A stretch of 63,631 bases of DNA, filler included, from Globobulimina sp. (GCA_003354225.1; 27 parts of 27 records of this genome joined end to end with filler, not necessarily neighbours in it); one strand, 5' to 3'; shown: positions 1-11,493, counted from the whole stretch's first letter. The notes: generated by a model not told the origin, from the sequence alone. Numbers and translations: made by a program.

Positions 1-517
1 TGCCCGAAAATTGATTGGATTCCCAATGTTGTAAAGTGTTTTCAATCAAAGGCAATTCCCATAAACATGTCCAACATTGCGATAATTGTAATTGTTGAGC
101 AATATTATCTAAATATGGATCGTCTGAATGTTGCAAACATTCTCCGTATAAACAATATGTGAATGCTATGGCATCGTCACTCAGCAAACTATCTGAACAT
201 GTTCGTGAACAATCGTATAAGGCACCATTTGCACTCATAAACTCATCATACATCGATTCACCACATGCTGGCATACTTTCATTTGTTTTATGATAATAGG
301 AATATGGATAAGTTGCGCTGAAACCGTCTGTAAATTGATTCACAGCATTTGGTGAAAATGCTTCCTGTAAACATAGTATATCTTGCTTGAAAATATCATT
401 TGTATGATTGAGAGTATATGAACGTCGCACCGATCTGTCACTTGCTGTTAGTATATCATACGAGTTCCATGTGCCAATTGTAAATGATTCTATCTCATTT
501 GCTATGGTACTCATCAT
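1..517 (-). CDS. Endonuclease/exonuclease/phosphatase (EEP) family protein, 5' part; not in the ORF track
   Basis: Manual translation from ATG 517: MMSTIANEIESFTIGTWNSYD...DILCLQEAF followed by a Cys-rich insert; TWN and LQE are EEP motifs; runs off the contig. Confidence 0.75.
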   Translation of the reverse strand, partial: MMSTIANEIESFTIGTWNSYDILTASDRSVRRSYTLNHTNDIFKQDILCLQEAFSPNAVNQFTDGFSATYPYSYYHKTNESMPACGESMYDEFMSANGALYDCSRTCSDSLLSDDAIAFTYCLYGECLQHSDDPYLDNIAQQLQLSQCWTCLWELPLIENTLQHWESNQFSG

Positions 518-692
518 TAAAATCTGAGTTATTTTACTAGTAGTACTCGGCTAAGTTATTTTGAAAAAAAATGCAGCTGAACAAATATGTAAAGAATCTA
601 TTGGCAAATCGCATTTGCGCAGTTATATTATCATTAAAACCTCGCGAGCATTGGAAGTTAATTAATTTTAATTGCACACACAATAAACGACA

Positions 693-1532
693 ATGTCGCA
701 AATCCAAATTATCCAATCGGACCCAATCATTGTCACAACAACGGCACCCAAACAATGTGGAGAAGAGCCTTCTATGGACAGTCAAAAAGAAAAGAGAGTG
801 GTTCAAAAATGTACGTTTCACGCCTGGCTAATATTAAGTATCACAGTCACTGTTTATACATTTTATTTTTGGAGTTTATTAGATCCAGAACCATCACGGC
901 CAGTGTACCCACAAAAAATACAAAAGCATGCCCGATGGATAAATAAAACAAAACAACTCTATATATCATATGGTGCATTTACATTAGAAAGCATCCAAAA
1001 AGGAAAAGTTTGGACAACATTAACATGTACACATTTACATTGGGATTTCCCTCATTTGATGGCTAATATGGCAGCATTTGCTTGTGATGGGATTTATGCA
1101 AATCAAATTGTGGGGAATGTGCGGTTTTTAATAGTATTTGCGGTGACTGGTTGCTGTTCGTCCTTAGTTCATGGCGCTGTTGCGCTCAAAGTAGAAAACT
1201 TTGCAATTGGTGCGTCCGGCAGCATTTTTGGTATCACCTCAGCATTGATGACATTGTGTCTAACTAAATATAATAAATCATATGAAGAGTTAGGAGAGAA
1301 TCCCAACAATGTTCTCTTCGGTTGTGTCATGTCAATGGTTTGTGAAATAATTGTGATGAGTTTTGCTTATGATAATACTGTAGGACATTGGGCACATTTT
1401 GGTGGCTTTATTTGTGGCATTTTACTTATTGTTGGCTTTTATAAGCAGTCAATCAAACGAATGATTTTATGTGGATTCGTATTGGTTGGTGCCACAATCG
1501 GATGTGTTTGGAATATTATGCAATGTGATTGA
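693..1532 (+). CDS. Rhomboid-family intramembrane serine protease
   Basis: HxxxxHLxxN (HWDFPHLMAN), catalytic GASG, HWAHFGG; several TM segments. Confidence 0.92.
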   Translation: MSQIQIIQSDPIIVTTTAPKQCGEEPSMDSQKEKRVVQKCTFHAWLILSITVTVYTFYFWSLLDPEPSRPVYPQKIQKHARWINKTKQLYISYGAFTLESIQKGKVWTTLTCTHLHWDFPHLMANMAAFACDGIYANQIVGNVRFLIVFAVTGCCSSLVHGAVALKVENFAIGASGSIFGITSALMTLCLTKYNKSYEELGENPNNVLFGCVMSMVCEIIVMSFAYDNTVGHWAHFGGFICGILLIVGFYKQSIKRMILCGFVLVGATIGCVWNIMQCD

Positions 1533-1820
1533 AACAGTCAATCAAAACATTTGACATTTGATTTGTTTTTCTTTAATGTTTTTGTTATATTTTAATTATT
1601 TATCCCCAAGAGGAACAAGAATGCGAAGTTCATGTTGGGTTTAGAAAGAGTTTCTCAATACCATGATTTATGATTTTGAAACAGAAAGTACGAAGTCAGA
1701 ATATTTATCTCGAATAATAAATAAATAAAATAACAACCTTTTCGACATATGGATTATTGTTATTTTCGAAAAGTATGCGAAATTTTTTTTTTCCAAAATT
1801 TTTCCTATTTTTATAGATTT

Positions 1821-1958
1821 TGCTCATTTTTCATGGATTATTCTCATTTTCATGGTTTTTCTCAATTTCAAGGATTTTCATCGAATTATTCTCATTTTGA
1901 CGGATTATTCTCATTTTCATGGATTTTTCTCATTTTCATGGATTATTCTCATTTCCAC
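1821..1958. repeat. Degenerate ~20-bp minisatellite (ttctcattttcatggattat)
   Basis: About 6-7 imperfect tandem copies are visible; accounts for spurious ORF 1749..2018. Confidence 0.8.
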
Positions 1959-2261
1959 TTCAAAAAAGAAAAAATTTCCTCTTGGGTTTTTGGGGCCTGT
2001 CCCCTCCTAGGTCATTAAAATCTGATTTAAAGCTAACCATGTCAGTATACAGAAAGTAAACAAGAAAAGAATTTCGAGGACACTAACTCTGTCTTTTGCA
2101 CTTGGACTCAAAGATAACTGCACTTGGAGTCAAATTGTTTGATTATCATACTGTAGGGTCTTTTTTTGGGAAAAATATTGTACCCATATTCAAAAATATT
2201 GTAGGGCGCGCCCCCTCGACGTGAAAAACTTTGTTTTTGGAAACACGTTACCCAGTCTCGA

Positions 2262-2361
2262 NNNNNNNNNNNNNNNNNNNNNNNNNNNNNNNNNNNNNNN
2301 NNNNNTTAATTAATTAANNNNNNNNNNNNNNNNNNNNNNNNNNNNNNNNNNNNNNNNNNNN
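2262..2361. other. Artificial contig spacer, first of 26 (others start at 4623, 6984, 9345, 11706, 14067, 16428, 18789, 21150, 23511, 25872, 28233, 30594, 32954, 35314, 37674, 40034, 42394, 44754, 47114, 49474, 51834, 54194, 56554, 58914, 61273)
   Basis: Identical 100-bp N44-TTAATTAATTAA-N44 blocks about every 2.36 kb; the contigs between them shrink from 2261 to 2260 to 2259 bp. Confidence 0.99.
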
Positions 2362-2510
2362 CGATGGTGAGTTCAAGGAAAGTGTGGACGTTGTGTCCAT
2401 CGGCGTTTCCTACGGAGTTTTGGAATATGCAGTGGCAAAGAACCGTGCAAAGAACTAATTGACACTGTTTTTTTGTGTTGTTTTGTTTGTAAAGTATATA
2501 TATTTTCAAT

Positions 2511-2867
2511 TTAAATTTGACATAGAATTGTGCCGAGTATTATGAGTGTGAGGGCTAAGAGCGACTGCGTGTTTAAGGGTTGCTCTCCGAGGAGGTACGC
2601 AGTTATTGTAGTGAAGAAAGAGGTCAATGCGGTGGATATGGGCACTGTCAATGAGATTGGATAGTCGCCCAAGGATTTCATGTATAATATAGATCCTGAT
2701 TGATTTAATAAGAATGGGATGAGAAATTTCCAATTTGTAATGAAGTTTATTAATTTTGTGATGGAGTTTTGAGCGTTTGGTGGTTTGTTTTTGTTTGGTT
2801 TTGATGCTTTTCGCATGAATGGATTTGTGCATCCCCATAAAATTGATACTAGTACTAATTTCCACAT
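2511..2867 (-). CDS. TMEM234: TMEM234-family small membrane protein
   Basis: LWGCTNPFMRK, FLIPFLLNQSGS, SLTVPI motifs; 118 aa, four hydrophobic segments. Confidence 0.85.
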   Translation of the reverse strand: MWKLVLVSILWGCTNPFMRKASKPNKNKPPNAQNSITKLINFITNWKFLIPFLLNQSGSILYMKSLGDYPISLTVPISTALTSFFTTITAYLLGEQPLNTQSLLALTLIILGTILCQI

Positions 2868-2991
2868 GATCTATTGCTTTAATTTAATTAAAAAACTCCT
2901 CGCTTTAACAGTGGAGTTTATTTACAAGCATTAAATATACAATAATGCATGCATGAATATGATTGTTTTTATGCATTTTCAAATTCAAAAA

Positions 2992-3519
2992 TCATGCATT
3001 GAACTCTAGAGATTGTTCCCTAAATTCAATCATTAATTGTTCAACGCGGTTATATACAGTTTCCATAACATCCAATTGGTCTTGTTTTGTTCCTTCTACT
3101 TTTATAGGATCGTTTTGTGACCAACACATGCGTTGTAATATAGTAGTATCAAAATATGAATTACATTCCATATCCCCTTCATTACACAATGCAATTGCAA
3201 TATCAATGGGTCTTGGAATATCTTTATAAGACTTCGAATATAAATCATTTGTGTCATATCCTTTATTTTGTAAAAATTCGATAACCAATGGATGCGGTGT
3301 TGTTGGTGTTGAGCCAGCACTATATACTTCATAAATATCTGATAAATGTTTCTTACCCAAAGCTTCTGCTAATTGACTTCGACATGAATTAGCTACACAA
3401 ACAAATAATATTCGTTTCTTATCATGTGTTGTTGATACATATCGTGCATAATAACATGAAAGCAATGATGTGTTCCAATAAGCTCTTTGCGTCAAAGAGC
3501 GTGACAATGTCGAAAGCAT
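2992..3519 (-). CDS. arsC: Thioredoxin-type arsenate reductase (LMW-PTP fold) with N-terminal presequence
   Basis: P-loop CVANSCRSQLAE, VYSAG, distal CX6C (CNEGDMEC), DP motif; first ATG at 3519. Confidence 0.85.
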   Translation of the reverse strand: MLSTLSRSLTQRAYWNTSLLSCYYARYVSTTHDKKRILFVCVANSCRSQLAEALGKKHLSDIYEVYSAGSTPTTPHPLVIEFLQNKGYDTNDLYSKSYKDIPRPIDIAIALCNEGDMECNSYFDTTILQRMCWSQNDPIKVEGTKQDQLDVMETVYNRVEQLMIEFREQSLEFNA

Positions 3520-3576
3520 TATGTTTATTAAAACTTTTGAAACTGTAAACAACTAACTTTAGCATGTACACAAAAC

Positions 3577-4302
3577 TCACTTTGTTTTATGAGTTTGAAT
3601 ACCAATATATTGTCGAAGTTGCAATCCAATTCTTGCATTTTGCAATGTAGCTTTGAAGTGCTGCGGAGTTGAATTTCGAACAATACTATCAACGCCATGA
3701 AGTACTCTCGTTTTATCACCGGCTTCGAATACAATGACATCTCCAGATTTCATATTTACAACACATCCATTACGCGATTGCTCATTTGATAGCAATTGTA
3801 AATAAAACTTTGCATCACAACCAAATGAAAACAATACCACCCATCCATCCATATTATCCACATGTCTTCCTAACATTGACCCAAATGGATACAACACACA
3901 ATTCAATCTATCTGATATCCATTTATTTTCATAGTCTTTCTCATTCTCCTTTTCATCTGCTTCATGAATACAATTAGTTGGAGGTTTCCTTGGTAATGTT
4001 TGCAAAATGAGACTGCATTGTTTATGTTTCAATATCTGAGCGTATAAATGATCAAAAACGCTTTGTGCCAGATCATTATAATAATTTGGTATAAGATTTT
4101 TATTTGGTTCAAATGTTAATAGATACCTTCCTCGATGTGGAGATTTAATATTTTTGAGTATATTTGAAATTGAACCATGTCTTTTATACATTATCTCGTC
4201 TTTTTTATACAATAAACCACATTGTTCAACACATTCCAATTGTTGTTTTTCATTCATAAACGATTTCAAAATAAAAACACCATCATCCACTACTTGCAGC
4301 AT
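3577..4302 (-). CDS. AlkB-like 2OG-Fe(II) dioxygenase
   Basis: HxD (RHVD), SFG, SGDVIVF, distal His (LHGV), terminal RxxxxxR (RIGLQLR). Confidence 0.85.
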   Translation of the reverse strand: MLQVVDDGVFILKSFMNEKQQLECVEQCGLLYKKDEIMYKRHGSISNILKNIKSPHRGRYLLTFEPNKNLIPNYYNDLAQSVFDHLYAQILKHKQCSLILQTLPRKPPTNCIHEADEKENEKDYENKWISDRLNCVLYPFGSMLGRHVDNMDGWVVLFSFGCDAKFYLQLLSNEQSRNGCVVNMKSGDVIVFEAGDKTRVLHGVDSIVRNSTPQHFKATLQNARIGLQLRQYIGIQTHKTK

Positions 4303-4444
4303 GATCAAAAGTTAGCACGCTATTCACGTTGGTCCCAGAGAAAAAACCAACAATTAAATAATTACAAGCACAAAATCAGTTGAAAATCTATGAAAGTATG
4401 AAAGAAAGAGACATAAAACACAGCGCTTAGTCACATATATTCTA

Positions 4445-4622
<178 letters not shown>

Positions 4623-4964
4623 NNNNNNNNNNNNNNNNNNNNNNNNNNNNNNNNNNNNNNNNNNNNTTAATTAATTAANNNNNNNNNNNNNNNNNNNNNN
4701 NNNNNNNNNNNNNNNNNNNNNNTCTTATTAAGAGTAGCAGCTAATCATTGATTTGGATCACCAACGATGACATGGGTTTGTTTGCCGGTATTGGCCCCGA
4801 GGAGTTGGTGTTGTTAGCAGAAAATACAGTTCAAATCTACAACTGAATGTTGCACTTGTACGCTGTACTTAGTAAAAAATACGAAGTTAACCTTATTTTT
4901 CTAGTGCATACATCTGACATCATATATAATTATATGCTGTATATAGGACAAAGACGCAACAACG

Positions 4965-6650
4965 TTGCCCCATGGACGAAGGAATCGTGATTCTGGGAGG
5001 GTATTTATTGTGGTTCATTATCAGAATAAATTTCATTTTGGTAAAATGAGCAATCAGGACGTTAAAAAAACACGTATTAAAAACCTAAAAATTATCAATG
5101 AATTTGCACACAACATACCATTCAATGTATTTACATTAACATTCAATGCTGGCAATTGCAATTTATCTGACTTCAACCATTCATTATCAGAATGGTTGCC
5201 TAATAATGGCAGTATTGATTTATATGCATTAGCTTTTCAAGAATTAAATGAGAAAAAACACAAAAAACACGAAGAAGAGGAACACGAAGAAGGCGAAGAC
5301 AAAAAAGAAGAAGAAGACGAGGAAGAAGAAGATGTAAACCAACAGACCGAGATTGAACATTATTTATTGAATCACATTGGTACTAATTATGTGAGCATTG
5401 CGCATTACAAAATGTGGCAAACGCGTTTGTTTTTATTTACTAAAAAGTCGTTTGAGCATTCCATCTCCAATGTGACCTGCCACTTTCATACAACTGGCAT
5501 TGGCGGCATTGTGAAAAACAAAGGCGGAGTGGCCATATCATTGGAGTTTGATGGCATCAGTCTATGTTTCTTATCTTGCCATTTAGCTGCACATCAAACC
5601 AAAATAAAAGAACGTAACGCAATGTATAAGAAACTCTGTAAACATATAAAAGTCGGCTGGCCCAAACAACCATTATTGGGACAATTCCATTTCATATTTT
5701 TTATGGGTGACATGAATTACAGAGTCAATTATTTTGGACAGCCACAAGCGGATAAACCATCGGACGAATTCTTCCAAAACGTTTGTCAAATTATTAAGCA
5801 AATAACGGTGAGCTCCAGTTCGAGTAAGCAATTGCAACAAAGTGGGATGGACAGCAAACAGATAACCGGTGGCGGCTCACTTAAAATTGAGAGTGCCTAT
5901 AATGGATTGCTTAAATATGATCAGTTAAATGAGGCAATCAAAGAAAGAAAAGCGTTTATTGATTTCCGTGAGCATCATATTAAATTCCCACCATCGTTTA
6001 AAGTAAAAAGACAGATTGGAATTCATTACATTTCCCAGAGATTGCCGGCTTGGTGTGATAGAATTCTATGGCGATGCGGCAAATCGTTTGATGAGAATAA
6101 AGAGTACAAAGTAAAGAATTATCGCATTTATGATGTTGTTCAAATCTCTGATCATAAGCCTGTTTCGTGTTCGTTTATGTTACCAACTTGGAAGCGTCCA
6201 TGTGGCATTTCCGACGATTGTACGAAAGCAATTGTTTATTTGAGGAATGTGAGTGCTGAGAATCTTATCTCTTCGGATGTCAATGGTAAATCTGATCCAT
6301 TTATTCATTTTCCGAGACAATTAATCTTAGAAAAATACGTGCAATCAAAAAGGGTGAATAAAACATTAAATCCGAAATGGAAAAATAAACATTTAAAACC
6401 ATTGATTATGATTAGAAATTCATTGCCATTCTTATCGAAGGCATTATTATTGTTTCAAATAAGAGATCATGACAAGTTTACAGCTAATGATTTAATTGGA
6501 TGTGGATATTTGGAGTTAAAATATTGTGTTAAAAATTTAAATAAATGGGTTAAATTTCGAGAATATCTTACTTTCCGTGGTAAAGATGCTGGCGTTTTTA
6601 TGGGCGAAATTAAATTAGAATATAAAATAAAATCTAGTGCTAAGAAATAA
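4965..6650 (+). CDS. Inositol polyphosphate 5-phosphatase with C-terminal C2 domain (true start probably in an upstream exon)
   Basis: TFNAG, FQE, NKGGV, HLAAH, GDMNYR, PAWCDRIL, SDHKPV; C2 motifs DVNGKSDPF and TLNPKW. Confidence 0.92.
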   Translation: MPHGRRNRDSGRVFIVVHYQNKFHFGKMSNQDVKKTRIKNLKIINEFAHNIPFNVFTLTFNAGNCNLSDFNHSLSEWLPNNGSIDLYALAFQELNEKKHKKHEEEEHEEGEDKKEEEDEEEEDVNQQTEIEHYLLNHIGTNYVSIAHYKMWQTRLFLFTKKSFEHSISNVTCHFHTTGIGGIVKNKGGVAISLEFDGISLCFLSCHLAAHQTKIKERNAMYKKLCKHIKVGWPKQPLLGQFHFIFFMGDMNYRVNYFGQPQADKPSDEFFQNVCQIIKQITVSSSSSKQLQQSGMDSKQITGGGSLKIESAYNGLLKYDQLNEAIKERKAFIDFREHHIKFPPSFKVKRQIGIHYISQRLPAWCDRILWRCGKSFDENKEYKVKNYRIYDVVQISDHKPVSCSFMLPTWKRPCGISDDCTKAIVYLRNVSAENLISSDVNGKSDPFIHFPRQLILEKYVQSKRVNKTLNPKWKNKHLKPLIMIRNSLPFLSKALLLFQIRDHDKFTANDLIGCGYLELKYCVKNLNKWVKFREYLTFRGKDAGVFMGEIKLEYKIKSSAKK

Positions 6651-7083
6651 ATCACATGTATTTCTAACGATGATATTGATATATTATTTCAAAATTGTTT
6701 TAATATTTTGTGATTTCTTAAAGTTTTGAAGAAGTGGTTTTGCTGTACGTATAGTCACAACAACTCTGTCATGAAATTTGCCAACACGGTGAAGCACTAG
6801 GAATCCGGTGTACTTTTTGCCAAAATCTGTAACAGCCAATCCAGAAACTGTTTGCTATAGATTTTTGCCGTGTGATATTAAGTCACTCCATGATGAAGGA
6901 GTGCAAATATATGATATTAGTGGGTGGTTTAGCTTGTAATAAGTATTATAGACAAAGAATGAACGAAACGTTTGGTGATAAATNNNNNNNNNNNNNNNNN
7001 NNNNNNNNNNNNNNNNNNNNNNNNNNNTTAATTAATTAANNNNNNNNNNNNNNNNNNNNNNNNNNNNNNNNNNNNNNNNNNNN

Positions 7084-7552
7084 ATTGCTGCTGAAATCCA
7101 CCAATTATTCGTATGAGCTTGATATGTGGTCATTTGGATGTATTTTAAGTGAGTTATTTTTAGGAAATATTATGTTTGCTGGAATAAATACAATGGACCA
7201 AATGAAACAAATTGTAAAAACATTCGGTTTTCCCACAAAAACGGATTGTATCGCAATGCATACATATTGTGTATATGGTGAATTATTGTATAAATTTGGT
7301 GATGTTAAACATGGAAATAACTATAATTATGATACAGATTGGAAGTTTATGTTCGATGGAATCAAGGATATGCCGCAAAGTGTTACAGATTTAATTGGTA
7401 AAATATTGAAATATAATCCAAAGGAAAGATTGCATCCATTCAATGCAATGAAACATGAATATTTTGAGGATTTAAAGGATAATCAATCTGTAATTGCATT
7501 GAGATTGTTTGATTTGAATGATGAGGAAATTAATTTTTCGAAAGCATTTTAA
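7084..7552 (+). CDS. CMGC (GSK3/MAPK-like) protein kinase, C-terminal part
   Basis: DMWSFGCILSEL, DQMKQIVKTFGFPT, LKYNPKERL, HEYF. Confidence 0.85.
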
Positions 7553-7851
7553 ATTCTTCTTTTTAATTGTTATTATTATATATACTTAATTCTTTTTATT
7601 AATTGTTTTTTTTAATATCTTTCTCTTATTTGTTTTAACTTTTCCCCCCTTCTTTATATTTTTTTGAATGAAGTGTATGTGTCAGTTTTGTTTAATATTT
7701 TATGATGAAAGCTGTTGTTTTATGATGTATTGCGTTGCAAAGAGGGATCCGGAATATTAATATCTGGTGTTTTAACGTTGAAAGTTTTTACAGTGTATTT
7801 GATATATAAACTACAATTTCCATCATATCACCATCTCACCACTATTTTCAA

Positions 7852-9344
7852 ATGGAACGGAAATTTAACAATATCCAGATAGTAGATGTCGATACAAGTA
7901 CTGCAACATTTAAGAATTGGCCATCACAATTAGAAAATATAAATTTAGAAGAAGTCCATAACAATTTTTTAAAAGATTGTTCCACCAAATATCGTAATTT
8001 AATATCAAACGTACGCGACCGGACCATTTGGATGATCAATTCAACAGAATTCGGTGGTGGAGTGGCAGAGATGTTGCCGATGTTAATTGGCATGTTCAAA
8101 GATGTAAATATTACAATAAAATGGGTGGTCATATCGCCCACCAAAAACGAATACGAAGAAGCTTTTTTTAATTTAACCAAACAGATTCATAATAATATTC
8201 ATGGTGTTTTCAACCCACAGACCATGGAAACATTGACTGCCAAACATCGAGATATTTTAGAAAATGTCTGTTTTGATAATGCAAAGGAATTTATCCCTTT
8301 AGTAGCCCCGCAAGATATCATTGTCATTCATGACCCGCAGCCATTAGCCATGGTTAAATATATCAAAACAGCAATGGCGGATAATTTAGTTGTCTGGAGA
8401 TGTCATGTTGGCGTTGATACAGAAAATGAAGTGACCAGTGGCATATGGCAATTCTTGAAAATATATATCCAGCAAATGGACCATATTATATATTCGGTAA
8501 AAGAGTACATTCCAAAATATGTATTGCAATCAGCTCAATCATACTCGGTCATACCTCCCGCGATTTGCCCGTTTACACCAAAGAATATTGGCTTATCCTC
8601 ATTGCAAATGATGGATATTTTATCCAAATCTGCGGTTATTCATAATCGTAATTGTAAACAGTGGCAATATACAGCACAAAGAGTTTGTGGCAAAACAGGT
8701 ATTTTTTCATATTGTCAGATGTCGTGTTGCTCAAAATCAATCTGACTGAGTATATTTTAATTTTGTTTGTTCTAAAAACATCCATAAATGGAATAATAAA
8801 CAGGTAAATTGGTGCCGTGTTCCACTGCAACTGATACAAACTATGAGTTGTTATTTAATCCAGTTTTGTGTGAGATATCTCGCTGGGATGCCTTGAAAGG
8901 ATGGAATGAATTAATTGAAGCCTTTGTTTATATCAAGCAAAATCTCGACAAATTTTCAGGAAAAAATGACATTTTGTCCACTATGATATTAGTGTTAGCC
9001 GGGCCGGATCCTAAATTTATTCAAGATGACCCCGAAGGCGTCAAAGTGTTTGCTGATTTATGCTCATTTTATCAATCATTGGGCGAGAAATATAAATCAA
9101 TTCAAGATTCAATATATATAATGTCGATACCGATGGATAATACCGACCAGAATGCATTCATTGTAAATGCGTTACAGAGGATATCCTCCATTGTAATCCA
9201 GAACAGCTTAATGGAAGGATTTGGTTTGACTGTAACTGAAGCAATGTACAAAGGAACACCGATGATTGCCTCCAATGTTGGCGGTATAAAAACGCAAGTG
9301 ACTCACCAACAAAATGGAATTATGATCAATGATCCAAGTGATTA
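7852..9344 (+). CDS. treT: TreT-type trehalose synthase/phosphorylase (GT4), 3'-partial, intron 8699..8803
   Basis: INSTEFGGGVAEML, HDPQP, WRCH, SRWDALKG, VNALQR, EGFGLTVTEA; removing the 105-nt GT-AG intron joins the two ORFs in frame. Confidence 0.88.
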
Positions 9345-9444
9345 NNNNNNNNNNNNNNNNNNNNNNNNNNNNNNNNNNNNNNNNNNNNTTAATTAATTAA
9401 NNNNNNNNNNNNNNNNNNNNNNNNNNNNNNNNNNNNNNNNNNNN

Positions 9445-10161
9445 ATTTTGTTGGTTTATAGGGTGGGTTCGATAATATACATTGTATACTTGGTGGCAAG
9501 TAATGAATATTAAAAAAATCACAAAGAGATTGTTTCAATGTAAAGCCATATTGTTCTAACCATAATATATGCATTGCATCATCGCCAAAGAACGGATCCA
9601 ATGCGACATTAATTACTTGCCAACAATAAGTTGCATCACATCATTCCACGCTGCTTTGGGTGTTAACCAATTATCCTTTGACGACCTTGACTCGCTCATT
9701 AAATCTGTGACTGTTACCAATACTTTGTAATATGCATTATCCCGCTTTGAAATATTGTTTTTAATTTCATTTAAATTCAGAAAATTATCTTTCGCATCTC
9801 GGAAAAATGTAAATGAGGCTTTATTTTGGTGTTTAATGCGTTGAATGTCTTCGGTACGCGGTCGAATCATATCGTTGTATCTGAAGACGTGTTTGTTGTA
9901 CAATGTGTTGTGTTTATAGTAATCAATAGTTAGCCATGGCGGTGGTAATAAGGAGTTTGGTTTATTATTGTAATTGTTTATTAATATAACTTGTGATACT
10001 ATTTCGCCGTCGATCCATGCATTTGATGATTGTGAATATACTTCGACTTTGGAACCAATTTTCCATGAAGTTCTGCAAGCCCTTTCAGCCAATTTATCTT
10101 CTTCACTGTGTTCGAATTCATCGAATGATAATTGACTCAATTTTTCTTCAATAAAATCCAT
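9445..10161 (-). CDS. Hypothetical protein with Tudor/Agenet-like N-terminal motif; frame break near 9613
   Basis: WKIGSKVEVYSQSSNAWIDGEI; coding-like sequence continues in another frame to the contig end. Confidence 0.45.
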
Positions 10162-10701
10162 GTGCTATGCAAACTGACTGAACTAGTTTTTGACTGTGTA
10201 TAATTATCCATTCACAACAACTTTCACAAAATAGTCAGAGAAAAAACAAACAATACTTATGCAAATTATACAATTCTGTCAATTCATTGTGTTCGTCCAA
10301 TGGTATTGTACCAATACCGAATAAACACGTAAATAAAACTACATCGTCTTTGAAAGGTTTATCAAATAAGTCCAGGAAGAGCAGTCAATTGATAGTTTTA
10401 ATTTGCCCTAAAATATCAATCACATCATCGCTTTTATTTTCTTGATTGTTTTGGCTATTTACGGTGACTTATTCCTATAAAAAAAAAACGATTAAATGTA
10501 TCTGGCACATTCTACATATGACCACGCCACAATTAATATTAATATTGTTAATGCAACAAACGCCATCATTAAAATGATCCCCATCATCCATGTGCAATAC
10601 ATATATATTCATCCATCCGATATTGCAGTAATTATGATTTGTTATACATGCATTCTAATTATATCGAATTCATTCTATTTTTACAATCTGAGTTGCAGAC
10701 T

Positions 10702-11493
10702 ATGACAGAAAACGTAAAATTGGAAATCATTCATCCAGCGTTTGGCAGAAGTGGCAGTGCATCACTTTCTGCCGCATTATCGATATTAGGTTTTGGTCCC
10801 ACATGGCATATGCAGACCAATTCACTCTCCCAGAACGATAAAGGAATAGATTTCTGGCTAAAACATAAGATTGAAGAAAAAATTGAAAATAAGACAATAA
10901 ATGTAAATGATATTCAAGGATGGCTTAATCACATTGCTTGTAAATCTGTTATGGATGTTCCCATATCAGTTTATTGGCAGACGTTTTTTGAATATTATCC
11001 CACAGCAAAAGTTATTGTCACAGTTCGCGATTATAAAGAAATATTAAAGTCATTCAAACAATTTATGAAAGATGTAGTATTACCATGGTATTATGATCAT
11101 GTTTGGCGAAGGATGATGAATTGGCTCGATTGGATGAAGGATGTTCATCTACCAAAGCATTTGGGGAGCTCATCAGTCGAAAAGTTTGTGAGCAGTATGG
11201 ATGAGAAAACATTCGAAAAGCAGTGTGAAGCGAAGCTGCAGGGAATTATGGCCATTGTGCCAAAACAACACTTATTAATATACGATATAACAACTGGATG
11301 GGAGCCATTATGCAAATTTTTAAATGTTCCAATACCGGATGTTCCTTTTCCTCACACAAATAAAGGCCAAGATGTCTTGGCATGGATAAGGCTCATTTTC
11401 CTCGGAAAAATGTATGATTACTTTAAATTAAGTTATGTTGTTGTAATTTTGCTGGTCATTATTGCAATGTTTTCATTTAAATTTATTTGTTAG
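10702..11493 (+). CDS. Sulfotransferase-like P-loop protein (Sulfotransfer_4 type) with C-terminal TM
   Basis: FGRSGSASLSAALSILGFGPTWHM; GWEPLCKFLNVPIPDVPFPHTN. Confidence 0.85.
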   Translation: MTENVKLEIIHPAFGRSGSASLSAALSILGFGPTWHMQTNSLSQNDKGIDFWLKHKIEEKIENKTINVNDIQGWLNHIACKSVMDVPISVYWQTFFEYYPTAKVIVTVRDYKEILKSFKQFMKDVVLPWYYDHVWRRMMNWLDWMKDVHLPKHLGSSSVEKFVSSMDEKTFEKQCEAKLQGIMAIVPKQHLLIYDITTGWEPLCKFLNVPIPDVPFPHTNKGQDVLAWIRLIFLGKMYDYFKLSYVVVILLVIIAMFSFKFIC

